This document shows positions 18,228 to 27,821 of a stretch of 32,000 bases of DNA, piece by piece. Location of the stretch: NCBI RefSeq assembly GCF_043950625.1, contig NZ_CP171007.1. One strand, given 5' to 3'. This DNA is from Alkanindiges sp. WGS2144. GTDB lineage: Bacteria; Pseudomonadota; Gammaproteobacteria; Pseudomonadales; Moraxellaceae. Both the position numbers and the translations under genes were made by a program. How positions within the stretch are numbered: position 1 is the stretch's first letter; every line of letters begins with the position of its first letter. The notes beneath the pieces were generated by a model. That model saw nothing but the letters and a program-made list of their open reading frames with translations, had not been told where the DNA came from and ran no database searches.

Positions 18228-20012
18228 TTATTGCGCTTCTTCAACTTTTGGCTGTTCGCGCAAACGAATTCCAAGCTCACGTAATTGAGCAGTATCCACT
18301 GGCGCAGGTGCTTCGGTCATTGGGCACTCGGCAGTTTTGGTTTTCGGGAAGGCAATCACTTCACGAATGGAGCTGGCGCCGGTCATTAGCATCACCAGAC
18401 GATCCAGACCAAAAGCCAGACCACCATGTGGCGGCGCACCGTATTTTAAGGCATTGAGCAGGAAGCTAAATTTTTCTTCGGCTTCAGCTTCATCAATCCC
18501 CAAGGCTTCAAACACGGCTTTTTGCATCTCTAAGGTATAAATGCGCAAGCTACCACCGCCCACTTCCGTACCATTTAATACCATGTCATAGGCTACCGAT
18601 AGAGCAGCACCCGGATTGGTTTTCATTTCCTCAACCGAGCCTTTGGGCAGGGTAAATGGATGGTGAACAGAGGTCCATTTGCCATCGTCGGTTTCTTCAA
18701 ACATCGGGAAGTCAACTACCCAGAGCGGTGCCCATTCACAGGTGGCAAGATCAAGATCATGGCCAATTTTTACACGCAGTGCGCCCATGGCATCGTTGAC
18801 GACTTTGGCTTTGTCGGCGCCGAAGAATACGATATCGCCATTTTGGGCACCAACGCGCTCCAGCAACTGCATCACAATCGGTTCAATAAACTTAACGATT
18901 GGCGATTGCAGGCCAGCAATACCCTGACTTAAGTCATTGACCTTAATATAGGCTAAGCCTTTGGCACCATAAATACCCACAAACTTGGTGTATTCGTCAA
19001 TCTGGCCGCGGCTTAGCTCCCCAGCACCCGGTACACGCAAGGCGGCAATTCGCCCTTTCGGGTCTTTGGCGGGGCCGGCAAATACTTTAAACTCGACCTC
19101 TTGCATCAGGTCAGCCACGTCCACCAGCTTTAACGGAATGCGCAGGTCGGGCTTGTCAGAGGCATAGTCACGCATGGCATCGGCATAGGTCATGCGTGGG
19201 AACTGCTCAAACTTAACCTGTAGCATGTTGTCAAATAATTCAACAATCAGACCTTCCATCATGTTCATGATATCTTCATCAGACATAAAGGAAGTTTCGA
19301 CGTCAATCTGGGTAAATTCTGGCTGGCGATCAGCACGCAGGTCTTCGTCGCGGAAGCACTTGGCTATCTGGTAATAACGGTCGAAACCAGACACCATCAG
19401 CAATTGCTTAAATAATTGCGGTGATTGTGGCAGGGCAAAAAAACTACCCGGCTGGGTGCGGCTAGGCACCAGATAATCACGTGCGCCTTCTGGGGTAGCA
19501 CGGGTTAAAATCGGTGTTTCAACATCCAGAAAGCCATTGCGATCCATGTAGTTACGGATCAGGCTGGTCACCTTGGAGCGGAAGATCATGCGTTCCAGCA
19601 TTTCCGGACGACGCATGTCTAAAAAGCGGTACTTTAAGCGGTTTTCTTCAGAGACGTTATTAAACTCGTCATTGAGTGGAAAAGGTGGTGTTTCAGACGC
19701 GGCCAGCACTTCAATTTCTTTAGCCAGCACTTCAATTTGACCACTTACCATATTGGAGTTTTCAGTGCCTGCATAGCGTCTACGCACTCTGCCAGTAATT
19801 TTTAACACATATTCTGAGCGGGAGCGGTCGGCAGTAGCAAACGCTTCTGGCGTATCCGGATCAATAACCACCTGTACTAGACCTTCACGGTCGCGCATAT
19901 CCAGAAAAATAACCCCGCCATGATCGCGGCGACGGTGTACCCAGCCACATAAGGTAACGGTTTGATCGAGTTGGCTTTCAGTTAATGAGCCGCAGTAATG
20001 AGTTCGCATCAT
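18228..20012 (-). CDS. aspS: Aspartate--tRNA ligase
   Basis: 594 aa. Class II aaRS motifs ([34 protein letters not shown]). Full-length bacterial-type AspRS. Confidence 0.97.
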   Translation of the reverse strand: MMRTHYCGSLTESQLDQTVTLCGWVHRRRDHGGVIFLDMRDREGLVQVVIDPDTPEAFATADRSRSEYVLKITGRVRRRYAGTENSNMVSGQIEVLAKEIEVLAASETPPFPLNDEFNNVSEENRLKYRFLDMRRPEMLERMIFRSKVTSLIRNYMDRNGFLDVETPILTRATPEGARDYLVPSRTQPGSFFALPQSPQLFKQLLMVSGFDRYYQIAKCFRDEDLRADRQPEFTQIDVETSFMSDEDIMNMMEGLIVELFDNMLQVKFEQFPRMTYADAMRDYASDKPDLRIPLKLVDVADLMQEVEFKVFAGPAKDPKGRIAALRVPGAGELSRGQIDEYTKFVGIYGAKGLAYIKVNDLSQGIAGLQSPIVKFIEPIVMQLLERVGAQNGDIVFFGADKAKVVNDAMGALRVKIGHDLDLATCEWAPLWVVDFPMFEETDDGKWTSVHHPFTLPKGSVEEMKTNPGAALSVAYDMVLNGTEVGGGSLRIYTLEMQKAVFEALGIDEAEAEEKFSFLLNALKYGAPPHGGLAFGLDRLVMLMTGASSIREVIAFPKTKTAECPMTEAPAPVDTAQLRELGIRLREQPKVEEAQ

Positions 20013-20133
20013 GGCGCGTATGGTCCACTATTTTATCTAAAAATTAAAGCGCTTTGGGGAACGCATGAAAACGATCAATTATGCCTATATATGCGTATTG
20101 GCTCAAGACGCTTTTTTGCTTTTAAAAAATCTA

Positions 20134-20161
20134 TTGCTAGAATAAATTAATATGTTATAAC
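20134..20161 (+). promoter_or_regulatory. Putative sigma70 promoter of the TonB-dependent receptor gene
   Basis: -35 TTGCTA (20134-20139), 16-nt spacer, -10 TATAAC (20156-20161). The -10 overlaps the Zur-box-like element. Confidence 0.4.
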
Positions 20162-20167
20162 ATAACA
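20153..20167. promoter_or_regulatory. Zur-box-like operator
   Basis: TGTTATAACATAACA differs at one position from the gammaproteobacterial Zur core TGTTATAWTATAACA. Located 39 bp upstream of the start of a His-rich TonB-dependent receptor. Confidence 0.55.
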
Positions 20168-20205
20168 ATAATTCTGGGGGCTTCTTGTAAAATATAGGTT
20201 ATACA

Positions 20206-22362
20206 ATGATTTTAAAACTTCATCCTTTGGCGGTTGCCATCATATTGGGTAGCGTGTCTGGACAGGCTTTAGCAGACAATGTACCTGAAACAATAAGCAG
20301 TACAAGCGATCATAAGCAGACGTCCGACACCGCTGGCACTGTGTTGCCCACTATTGTAATTCAGGCTCATCCTCTCAACCGCAGTACATCCGATATTGCT
20401 ATGCCGTTCAGTGTGCTTGAGCAGCAACAACTTGCCAGCGGTGCAACGACATTAGGGCAGGCGCTAGAAGGTCAGGCAGGTGTGCATGCCGATACCTTTG
20501 GTGGTGGTGCCAGTCGTCCGGTCATCCGTGGGCAAACAGCACCCCGGGTAAAAGTGTTGGCCGATGGCTCTGAGGTAATGGATGCTTCCAGTATTTCCCC
20601 AGATCATGCGGTGATGGTTGATCCGTTATTAAGTGAAAAAATTGAAATTTTGAGAGGCCCTGCCACGTTGCTGTATGGTAGTGGCGCAATTGGCGGTGTG
20701 GTGAATGTGATTGACCAAAAAATACCCAGCAAAATGCCAGAAAAAAATATTGAAGGTGAAGTTAACTTAAGAGCCAATACGGTTGCTGATGAAAAAGCAG
20801 CGGCGGCAGCGCTTACTGTAGGTTTAGGTGAGCAGTTTGCCCTGCATCTGGAAGGTTCCAAACGGGACGCCAATGACTATAAAGTGCGTGGCTATGCGCC
20901 TAATAATCAAGCTGAAAAGCGGGTCGATGGCACATATTCCGAGAGCCAGAATGCCAGTGTTGGTTTGTCATGGATTGGGGGTCGTGGTTATGCTGGCGTA
21001 GCTTTTAGCCAGCGTCAGGATGAATATGGATTGCCAGGCCATAGTCATGAATATGAAGGGTGCCACCCGCATGGTAGCCATTTGCATTGTGGTAGCCATG
21101 ATCATGATGGTGAAAATAAGGATGATCATGCACATGATAATAGCCACAGCCATGAGGACGCCCCCTATATCAAACTAAATAGTAAACGGGTTGACTTCAG
21201 GGCAGAGTATGAGCAGCCGTTTAGTGGTTTTGAAAAAATCCGGGTTCGGGCAGGTTATACCGACTATCAGCATGATGAAATTGATGATGGCCCAGAAAAT
21301 AATAACAGTGTAGCCACCACCTTTAAAAATCAGGGTTATGATGGTCGCGTTGAGTTAACTCACGTACCAGTTGCCGGCTGGCAGGGTGTATTGGGCTTGC
21401 AGTATAGTCATTCGGATTTTAGTGCCCAGGGTGAGGAAGGGTTTTTACCCAAAACAGTGACTGAAAATATTAGCGCGTTTTTTCTGGAACATTACCAGTG
21501 GAATAACGTGCATTTTGAGCTTGGTGCCCGTCACGAATTACAAACGATAAAACCAGAGACTACCCCTCAATCCAGTAAAGCGTATAGCAATCAGAAATTT
21601 GATGATGCAGCCACTTCGGCATCAATTAGTGCGACCTGGGAGTTTGTGCCTGATTATGCACTGGCATTGTCACTGGCGCATTCAGAACGTATGCCGCAGG
21701 CACAGGAGCTATATGCCAATGGTATTCATATGGCAACCAATACCTACGAGCTGGGCGATGCGGATTTAAAGCGGGAAAAATCCAACAACATTGAACTGAG
21801 TCTGCGTAAAACTGCTGGTGATGCCACGTTTGCCTTAAGTGCTTATCATAACCGGGTGGATGATTATATTTATGCCAACACATTAGACAAGTTTGAGAAT
21901 TTCCGACTAATTCAGTATACCCAGTCTGATGCGATCTTTAATGGGGTCGAGGCAGAAACCCGTTATCGCTTTGATGATACTTATAGCGGGGCAGTTTTTG
22001 GTGATTATGTACGTGCCAAACTGGATAATGGTCAGGATTTACCGCGTATACCCGCAGCACGGCTGGGCGCACGCATTCAGACCAGCTGGGAAGCACTCGG
22101 TGGTGAGCTTGGCGGTGCTCTTGAGTATTACCATGTATTTAGGCAAAGCGATATTGCCGACCATGAAACCACCACGCCAGGCTATAACCTGATTAATGCG
22201 ACGCTGGCATATGATGGTGAATTGGATACGCTTAACAGCTACCGGCTATATTTGCAGATGAATAACCTGCTGGATGAAAAATACTATAGTCATAGCTCGT
22301 TTTTATCTCATATGCCCCAACCCGGGCGTAATTTTACTGCTGGTATACAATTCAAATTTTAA
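20206..22362 (+). CDS. znuD: TonB-dependent outer-membrane receptor, ZnuD-like (zinc acquisition)
   Basis: 718 aa. Signal peptide ending QALA|DN, TonB-box-like LPTIVIQA, plug and barrel motifs and terminal ...GIQFKF. His/Asp/Cys-rich insert of 12 His in 41 aa. Zur-like box upstream. Confidence 0.85.
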   Translation: MILKLHPLAVAIILGSVSGQALADNVPETISSTSDHKQTSDTAGTVLPTIVIQAHPLNRSTSDIAMPFSVLEQQQLASGATTLGQALEGQAGVHADTFGGGASRPVIRGQTAPRVKVLADGSEVMDASSISPDHAVMVDPLLSEKIEILRGPATLLYGSGAIGGVVNVIDQKIPSKMPEKNIEGEVNLRANTVADEKAAAAALTVGLGEQFALHLEGSKRDANDYKVRGYAPNNQAEKRVDGTYSESQNASVGLSWIGGRGYAGVAFSQRQDEYGLPGHSHEYEGCHPHGSHLHCGSHDHDGENKDDHAHDNSHSHEDAPYIKLNSKRVDFRAEYEQPFSGFEKIRVRAGYTDYQHDEIDDGPENNNSVATTFKNQGYDGRVELTHVPVAGWQGVLGLQYSHSDFSAQGEEGFLPKTVTENISAFFLEHYQWNNVHFELGARHELQTIKPETTPQSSKAYSNQKFDDAATSASISATWEFVPDYALALSLAHSERMPQAQELYANGIHMATNTYELGDADLKREKSNNIELSLRKTAGDATFALSAYHNRVDDYIYANTLDKFENFRLIQYTQSDAIFNGVEAETRYRFDDTYSGAVFGDYVRAKLDNGQDLPRIPAARLGARIQTSWEALGGELGGALEYYHVFRQSDIADHETTTPGYNLINATLAYDGELDTLNSYRLYLQMNNLLDEKYYSHSSFLSHMPQPGRNFTAGIQFKF

Positions 22363-22386
22363 GCTGTTTCTTAAGGGTTGAACACG

Positions 22387-22417
22387 AACCACTTTGCCGA
22401 CTGGCAAGGTGGTTTTT
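22387..22417 (+). terminator. Rho-independent terminator after the receptor gene
   Basis: AACCACTTTGCC-GACT-GGCAAGGTGGTT stem (one G.U) followed by TTTTT. Confidence 0.8.
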
Positions 22418-22517
22418 AGCAATTATGTATACCAGAGCGATAACCAAGGCCAGATTTGTAAAGTAGTACGCCGCTCCTTTAGACTAGCGCTAAACTAAAC
22501 CAGAGTATTGAGAGATC

Positions 22518-23993
22518 ATGCGTTTTTTTCGCCATCTGCTAAACAAACTGAACTGGACAACAAAAACCATGTTTGTTTTTTTACTGGGATTATGGTGCTT
22601 TGCTTATGTGGCATCAGCAGTTTATCAGACCTATAAACCCATACCTCAGGGTTTGAATGTCGCAAGCCCAATGCGTCCAGCCGAGCAGGTGCAGTTTCTG
22701 GCTGACTATACCTACATCAATCAGCAGGGTCAGCGTATTAAGGAACAGGCAATTTTTGATCAGGCCTTAGCGATGATCCAGCAGGCACGGCGCATGATTG
22801 TGATAGACATGTTTTTATTTAATGATTATGTGGGTGAATCGAAGGTTCAACAGCGCCTGCTAACAGCAGAGCTTAGTCAGGCATTGATGAATAAACGCAC
22901 GCTTGAACCGGACGTACAGATTACTGTGATTACTGATCCGATTAATACCGTGTATGGCGGCCAGTATGCTAATAATTTGCTGGAACTACGTCGCTCCGGT
23001 ATTGAGGTGATTGAAACCAATCTTAAGCCGCTGCGGGCTTCCAATCCATTATGGTCAGGGTTTTGGTATATGTGCTGTCAGTGGTTTGACAACAATCCGC
23101 AAGCTGGCTGGCTACCCAACCCGCTAGGCAAGGACAAAATAACCCTGCGTAGCTATTTTAGTTTATTTAATTTTAAGGCTAACCACCGTAAAACGCTCGT
23201 TACGGATGCCCCTGATGGCTGGCAGGCCCTGGTTACCTCGGGCAACCCGCATGATGCCAGTAGCTGGCATGGCAATGTGGCTTTAAAATTCTCCGGGCAG
23301 GCAGCGCTGGACGTTCTGGAAACTGAGCGTGCGGTAAGCAAATTGTCGGGTGTGGATTTACCAGTCATTATTACTGCGGTTCCAAAAGCACTTCAGGCCA
23401 GTGAGCCACAATTGCAGGTTCTGACTGAGGGCAAAATTCGTGATGCCTTGCTCAATAGTTTGCAAACAGCGCAACCGGGTGACCAGATTGATATTGCGGT
23501 ATTTTACCTGTCACAGCGCAGTGTGATTAAAGCCATTAAGCAGGCACAGCAAAACAAGGTAGCTATCCGCGTATTGCTCGATCCCAACGAAGACGCTTTT
23601 GGCCGCAAAAAGAATGGCATTCCTAACCGGCAAGTTGCCATGGAATTATATCAGGTGGGTGTGCCGCTACGCTGGTGTGATACGCATGGTGAGCAATGTC
23701 ATAGCAAAATACTGCTTAAAACCAGTGCAAAAACCGGACAAAGTGAGCTGATTTTAGGTTCTGCCAACTTTACCCGCCGCAATTTGAATAACCTGAATCT
23801 GGAAACCGATGTGCGCTTTGTTGCTAATGCGGACAATACTACCATTCAACAGGTCAGGGCTTATTTTGAGCGGATCTGGAGCAACCAGAATGGACAGGGT
23901 TTTAGTGTGGCTTATGACCAATATAAGGATGAATCTGGCTTAAAATACTGGTGGTATCGTTTTAGTGAGTGGAGTGGATTATCCACGTTTTGA
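22518..23993 (+). CDS. Phospholipase D-family protein (two HKD motifs) with N-terminal TM anchor
   Basis: 491 aa. HKD-1 is NHRKTLVTD...GNPHD. HKD-2 is CHSKILLK...GSANFTRRN. N-terminal helix MFVFLLGLWCFAYVASAV. Confidence 0.85.
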   Translation: MRFFRHLLNKLNWTTKTMFVFLLGLWCFAYVASAVYQTYKPIPQGLNVASPMRPAEQVQFLADYTYINQQGQRIKEQAIFDQALAMIQQARRMIVIDMFLFNDYVGESKVQQRLLTAELSQALMNKRTLEPDVQITVITDPINTVYGGQYANNLLELRRSGIEVIETNLKPLRASNPLWSGFWYMCCQWFDNNPQAGWLPNPLGKDKITLRSYFSLFNFKANHRKTLVTDAPDGWQALVTSGNPHDASSWHGNVALKFSGQAALDVLETERAVSKLSGVDLPVIITAVPKALQASEPQLQVLTEGKIRDALLNSLQTAQPGDQIDIAVFYLSQRSVIKAIKQAQQNKVAIRVLLDPNEDAFGRKKNGIPNRQVAMELYQVGVPLRWCDTHGEQCHSKILLKTSAKTGQSELILGSANFTRRNLNNLNLETDVRFVANADNTTIQQVRAYFERIWSNQNGQGFSVAYDQYKDESGLKYWWYRFSEWSGLSTF

Positions 23994-24026
23994 TTGTTTG
24001 TATTTCAGCTTGTGCTTTAATGTATC

Positions 24027-24065
24027 AAGCTGCCTTAACCATAAACGCTAAGGCAGCTTTTTTTT
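24027..24065 (+). terminator. Rho-independent terminator after the PLD gene
   Basis: AAGCTGCCTTA / TAAGGCAGCTT perfect 11-bp stem with an 11-nt loop, followed by a T-run. Confidence 0.8.
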
Positions 24066-24070
24066 AAGGT

Positions 24071-24853
24071 TTATTTTAAATACATTGACCAGAACGGCAT
24101 GACCTGTTGTGCCTGTTCCATCAACCACTGGTTGCTATACACTACCGCATAAGCCCCTGCAATCATCACGGCAATCTGGGCAGGATATTTGGTGGTATTG
24201 GGAAGTAGCAGGCTGACCCGGTAACCTAAAGCCAGCACCGCACCACCGATAAAACCACCCAAATGTGCTGCATTATTAATGCCTGATACAAATAGCCCAA
24301 GCCCAAGGTTGATGAGCATGAGCATAATCAGCGCATTTTTATTTAAGCGATACATGGGCAATACACTTTTTTTGGGCCAGAGCGCTGCAATCAGCAAGGC
24401 ACCTCCCAGCCCCATAATGGCGCCAGAAGCACCAGCACCTACTGATGGCACCAGATCCCGGCTGGGACTTTGCATAAACTCAAACGCATGTTGCAGGCTG
24501 ACATAACTGCTGGCCAGATTACCTGCGATCCCTGCTATGGCATAAATCACGACGTACCAGAGCCGTGAGTAATAAAACTCGGCATATACCCCAAACAAAT
24601 ACAGTGCCCACATATTCACCAGCAAATGTACAATACCAATATGTAAAAACATGCTGCTAATCAGACGCCAGTTTTCAGTGCTTAAGGTGAGTGGGGCAAA
24701 ATCTGCACCCCAGTGGATTAAATCCAGAATGCTGGGGTCAGTGATGCTGATGCCAGCCAGAACCTGACAGGCAAATACAGCAACATTTGCAATAATAATG
24801 AGCGCTGTTAACCACCATTTGTGCAAAGGTTGTTTGATCAAGTATTCATTCAT
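24071..24853 (-). CDS. Rhomboid-family intramembrane serine protease
   Basis: 260 aa, polytopic. Catalytic GASGAIMGLGG (GxSG) and downstream AAHLGGFIGG histidine helix, plus the HxxxN-type region (MFLHIGIVHLLVNM). Confidence 0.85.
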   Translation of the reverse strand: MNEYLIKQPLHKWWLTALIIIANVAVFACQVLAGISITDPSILDLIHWGADFAPLTLSTENWRLISSMFLHIGIVHLLVNMWALYLFGVYAEFYYSRLWYVVIYAIAGIAGNLASSYVSLQHAFEFMQSPSRDLVPSVGAGASGAIMGLGGALLIAALWPKKSVLPMYRLNKNALIMLMLINLGLGLFVSGINNAAHLGGFIGGAVLALGYRVSLLLPNTTKYPAQIAVMIAGAYAVVYSNQWLMEQAQQVMPFWSMYLK

Positions 24854-25000
24854 AGGTTAAAAATCTTTAGTTCACTGTCAGTTTTACAGTTAAATACTGA
24901 ATATAACGTATTTCACAGGCTGAAAATCATTGGAGTAAAATTTGCCGCTTTGATAGCATTGCCACAATCGGATTTTTACCCTTGATTCTTATAGCTGATT

Positions 25001-25684
25001 ATGAAGGCATTTATTGCACGTGCTGCACTGGTGGTATTGTCGCTGTTTTTACTGGTTCAATTGTGGATTTTTGCCAGTCTGGTCTGGTGGAAATATCAGC
25101 CTGTTGAGCGCTCCATGTTTATGCGCATTTATGAATGGAACTATAAGCAGCCTGCACTCCAGCATCAATGGAAAGATAATAGCCGCATTAGTGACAACTT
25201 AAAGCGTGCCTTAATTGCTGGTGAAGATGCCCGTTTTGCCCAGCATCATGGCTTTGACTGGGAGGGCATTCAGTTTGCCCTGACCCGTAATGAGAAAAAA
25301 GGTCAAGTAGTGGCTGGAGGTTCAACCATTAGTCAACAGCTCGCCAAAAACCTGTTTTTATTTAATCGGCGCTCTTATGTGCGCAAAGGTCAGGAAGCCA
25401 TTGCCACCTGGATGATGGAACGTCTGTGGAGCAAATACCGGATTCTGGAAGTGTATGTCAATACTGTAGAGTTCGGTAAGGGGATTTATGGGGCAGAGGC
25501 CGCCGCGCAATATTATTTTGGCAAGTCGGCGGCCAATCTGTCACGAGCTGAAGCCGCCCAGCTTGCAGCTTATTTACCGAATCCCAAGTATTATCAGGAT
25601 CATCCGCGTGACCGAAAAGTGCAGGCGCGTAAAGCACGCATCCAACGCTATATGGGGCATGTTAGCTTACCCAAAGACAAATAG
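25001..25684 (+). CDS. mtgA: Monofunctional biosynthetic peptidoglycan transglycosylase
   Basis: 227 aa. N-terminal TM helix and GT51 motifs [30 protein letters not shown] and RKGQEA. Collinear with E. coli MtgA as I recall it. Confidence 0.93.
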   Translation: MKAFIARAALVVLSLFLLVQLWIFASLVWWKYQPVERSMFMRIYEWNYKQPALQHQWKDNSRISDNLKRALIAGEDARFAQHHGFDWEGIQFALTRNEKKGQVVAGGSTISQQLAKNLFLFNRRSYVRKGQEAIATWMMERLWSKYRILEVYVNTVEFGKGIYGAEAAAQYYFGKSAANLSRAEAAQLAAYLPNPKYYQDHPRDRKVQARKARIQRYMGHVSLPKDK

Positions 25685-25739
25685 GTATGATTAAAAACCA
25701 GCATACTCAGGCCATAAGCGACAAAACTGCTGAACTGCT

Positions 25740-27821
25740 ATGAATCCACCGGCTAACGTGCGCTCTGGGCATTATGCGCTGAACAGCAACTACATTAACC
25801 GGGAGTTATCTATTCTGGATTTTCACCTGCGTGTACTGGAGCAGGCCATTGATCCTTTGCACCCTTTGCTGGAGCGCTTAAATTTTTTACAGATTTTTTC
25901 GCATAATCTGGATGAGTTTTTTGAAATTCGTGTGGCTGGCTTATTACAGCAATTAAGCGTTGATAATAAAAGCCGTACACCCGATGGTTTAACACCCAGC
26001 ATTATACTGGAGAAAACCTCGCAGATTGCTCATGCAGCGGTAGAGCGGCAGTACCGTATTTTAAATGAAACACTATTGCCCCAGCTGGCGAATGAAAATA
26101 TCCAGTTTTTAGATCGGGAGCAGCTTGAAAATGCCCAATCCACTTGGATAAAGCAGTATTTTCATGAGCAGATATTCCCGGTTTTAACGTCCATTGACCT
26201 TGATCCTGTCCATCCGTTTCCGCGTCTGGTCAACAAAAGCCTGAACTTTATCGTTGCGCTACAAAGCAATGATGCGTTTGGCAGTCATACTCATCTGGTT
26301 CTTGTGCCCGTACCACGCACTTTGCCGCAAGTGGTGTGCTTACCGGATGAATTAAGTCATGGGCAGAATTATTATGTCATGCTATCCGCCATTATTGAGG
26401 CGCATATCAGTGCGCTGTTTCCCGGTATGACGGCAATGGGTTGTTATCAGTTGCGGGTAACCCGCGATGCACATATAACGCTCAATGAAGATGTAGAAGA
26501 TGTGGCCAAAGCCGTACAGGGTGAGCTAAACCTGCGCCATTTTGGTCGGGCGGTACGTCTGGAAATCAGCCAAAACTGCCCGGAGCCTATTGTCTGTTAT
26601 TTGCTAAAGAACCTGAATTTAAATGCCACGCAGCTTTATAGAGTCAATGGGCCGGTTAATCTGGCACGGCTGGTTTCAGACTTTAACCGGCCAGTGTTAA
26701 AATACAAACCATTTATTCCGGCTATTCCACCTATATTGCAGCATGGCAAAAATATCTTTGCAGCCATGAAACAGCAGGATATTTTGCTGCATCATCCGTT
26801 TGAATCTTTTGAACCAGTCATCCAGCTATTGTGCGAAGCAGCACGTGATCCACAGGTTTTGGCCATTAAACAAACCCTGTACCGTAGTGGCCCGGATTCT
26901 GAAGTGGTACAAACACTGGCAGAGGCCGCAAAGAATGGCAAAGAAGTCACCGCAATTATTGAGTTACGTGCCCGGTTTGACGAAGAAAGCAATATGCGGG
27001 TTGCCCGGGTTTTACAAGCCGCTGGCGCTATGGTGGTGTATGGCGTTGCGGGCTATAAAACCCATGCCAAGCTGATGCTGGTGGTTCGCCGTGAGCAGGG
27101 CAGGCTGCAACGTTATGTGCATCTGGGTACGGGCAACTATCATGCAGGCAATGCGCGACTATATACTGATTATGGCTTGCTCAGCACCGATCATGTTCTG
27201 TGTGAAGAGGTACACCAGATTTTTCAGGAACTCACCGGTATGGGAGAAATGGTAGAGCTGAAAAAACTACTACAAGCGCCATTGACCCTGCATTCACAGC
27301 TTATGGGATTTATTGAAGCAGAAATTAACAATGCCATGGCAGGTAAGCCTGCGCGTATTATTGTTAAAATTAATGCTTTAACTGAGCAGCAGCTCATTGA
27401 TGCTTTGTATCGTGCTTCACAGGCAGGAGTAGGCATTGACCTGATTGTCCGCTCAACCTGTAGCTTGCGACCCGGGGTGGCAGGGCTATCCGAAAACATT
27501 CAGGTACGTTCTATTGTTGGGCGGTTTTTGGAGCATACCCGCGTGTATTATTTTTTAAACGCTGGCGGGGAGCCACGGGTTTACTGCGCCAGCGCGGACT
27601 GGATGGAACGTAACATGTTTTCCCGTATAGAAGCCTGTTTTCCCATAGAAAACCCGCAGTTAAAGCAGCGCATTATTGAGTTGGGTTTGCTTAATTACCT
27701 GCAAGACAATCAGCAGGCATGGGCTTTACAGGCGGATGGCACATGGCAGCGGATTATCCCTGCTGAGGGTGAGCCGCCCCACATGGCGCAGCAGGTATTA
27801 CTGGATAGATTCAGTACCTAA
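25740..27821 (+). CDS. ppk: Polyphosphate kinase 1
   Basis: 693 aa. [29 protein letters not shown] and the autophosphorylation His region [12 protein letters not shown]. Two PLD-like C-terminal domains. Confidence 0.95.
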   Translation: MNPPANVRSGHYALNSNYINRELSILDFHLRVLEQAIDPLHPLLERLNFLQIFSHNLDEFFEIRVAGLLQQLSVDNKSRTPDGLTPSIILEKTSQIAHAAVERQYRILNETLLPQLANENIQFLDREQLENAQSTWIKQYFHEQIFPVLTSIDLDPVHPFPRLVNKSLNFIVALQSNDAFGSHTHLVLVPVPRTLPQVVCLPDELSHGQNYYVMLSAIIEAHISALFPGMTAMGCYQLRVTRDAHITLNEDVEDVAKAVQGELNLRHFGRAVRLEISQNCPEPIVCYLLKNLNLNATQLYRVNGPVNLARLVSDFNRPVLKYKPFIPAIPPILQHGKNIFAAMKQQDILLHHPFESFEPVIQLLCEAARDPQVLAIKQTLYRSGPDSEVVQTLAEAAKNGKEVTAIIELRARFDEESNMRVARVLQAAGAMVVYGVAGYKTHAKLMLVVRREQGRLQRYVHLGTGNYHAGNARLYTDYGLLSTDHVLCEEVHQIFQELTGMGEMVELKKLLQAPLTLHSQLMGFIEAEINNAMAGKPARIIVKINALTEQQLIDALYRASQAGVGIDLIVRSTCSLRPGVAGLSENIQVRSIVGRFLEHTRVYYFLNAGGEPRVYCASADWMERNMFSRIEACFPIENPQLKQRIIELGLLNYLQDNQQAWALQADGTWQRIIPAEGEPPHMAQQVLLDRFST

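Noticed and set aside
20968-21153. 61-aa minus-strand ORF rich in Met/Ile/Ala
   Set aside because: It is the mirror image of the His/Asp codon run (CAT/GAT read antisense as ATG/ATC) inside the receptor gene. It is not an independent gene.
22518-23993. The PLD-family protein as a possible nuclease or defence component
   Set aside because: It has an N-terminal membrane anchor and two HKD motifs, like phospholipase or cardiolipin-synthase-like enzymes. It stands alone between housekeeping genes with no partner ATPase, methylase or helicase genes.
24071-24853. The rhomboid gene as a rhombosortase paired with a GlyGly-CTERM substrate
   Set aside because: At 260 aa it looks like a general rhomboid. 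No neighbouring ORF ends in a GlyGly-CTERM-type sorting signal.
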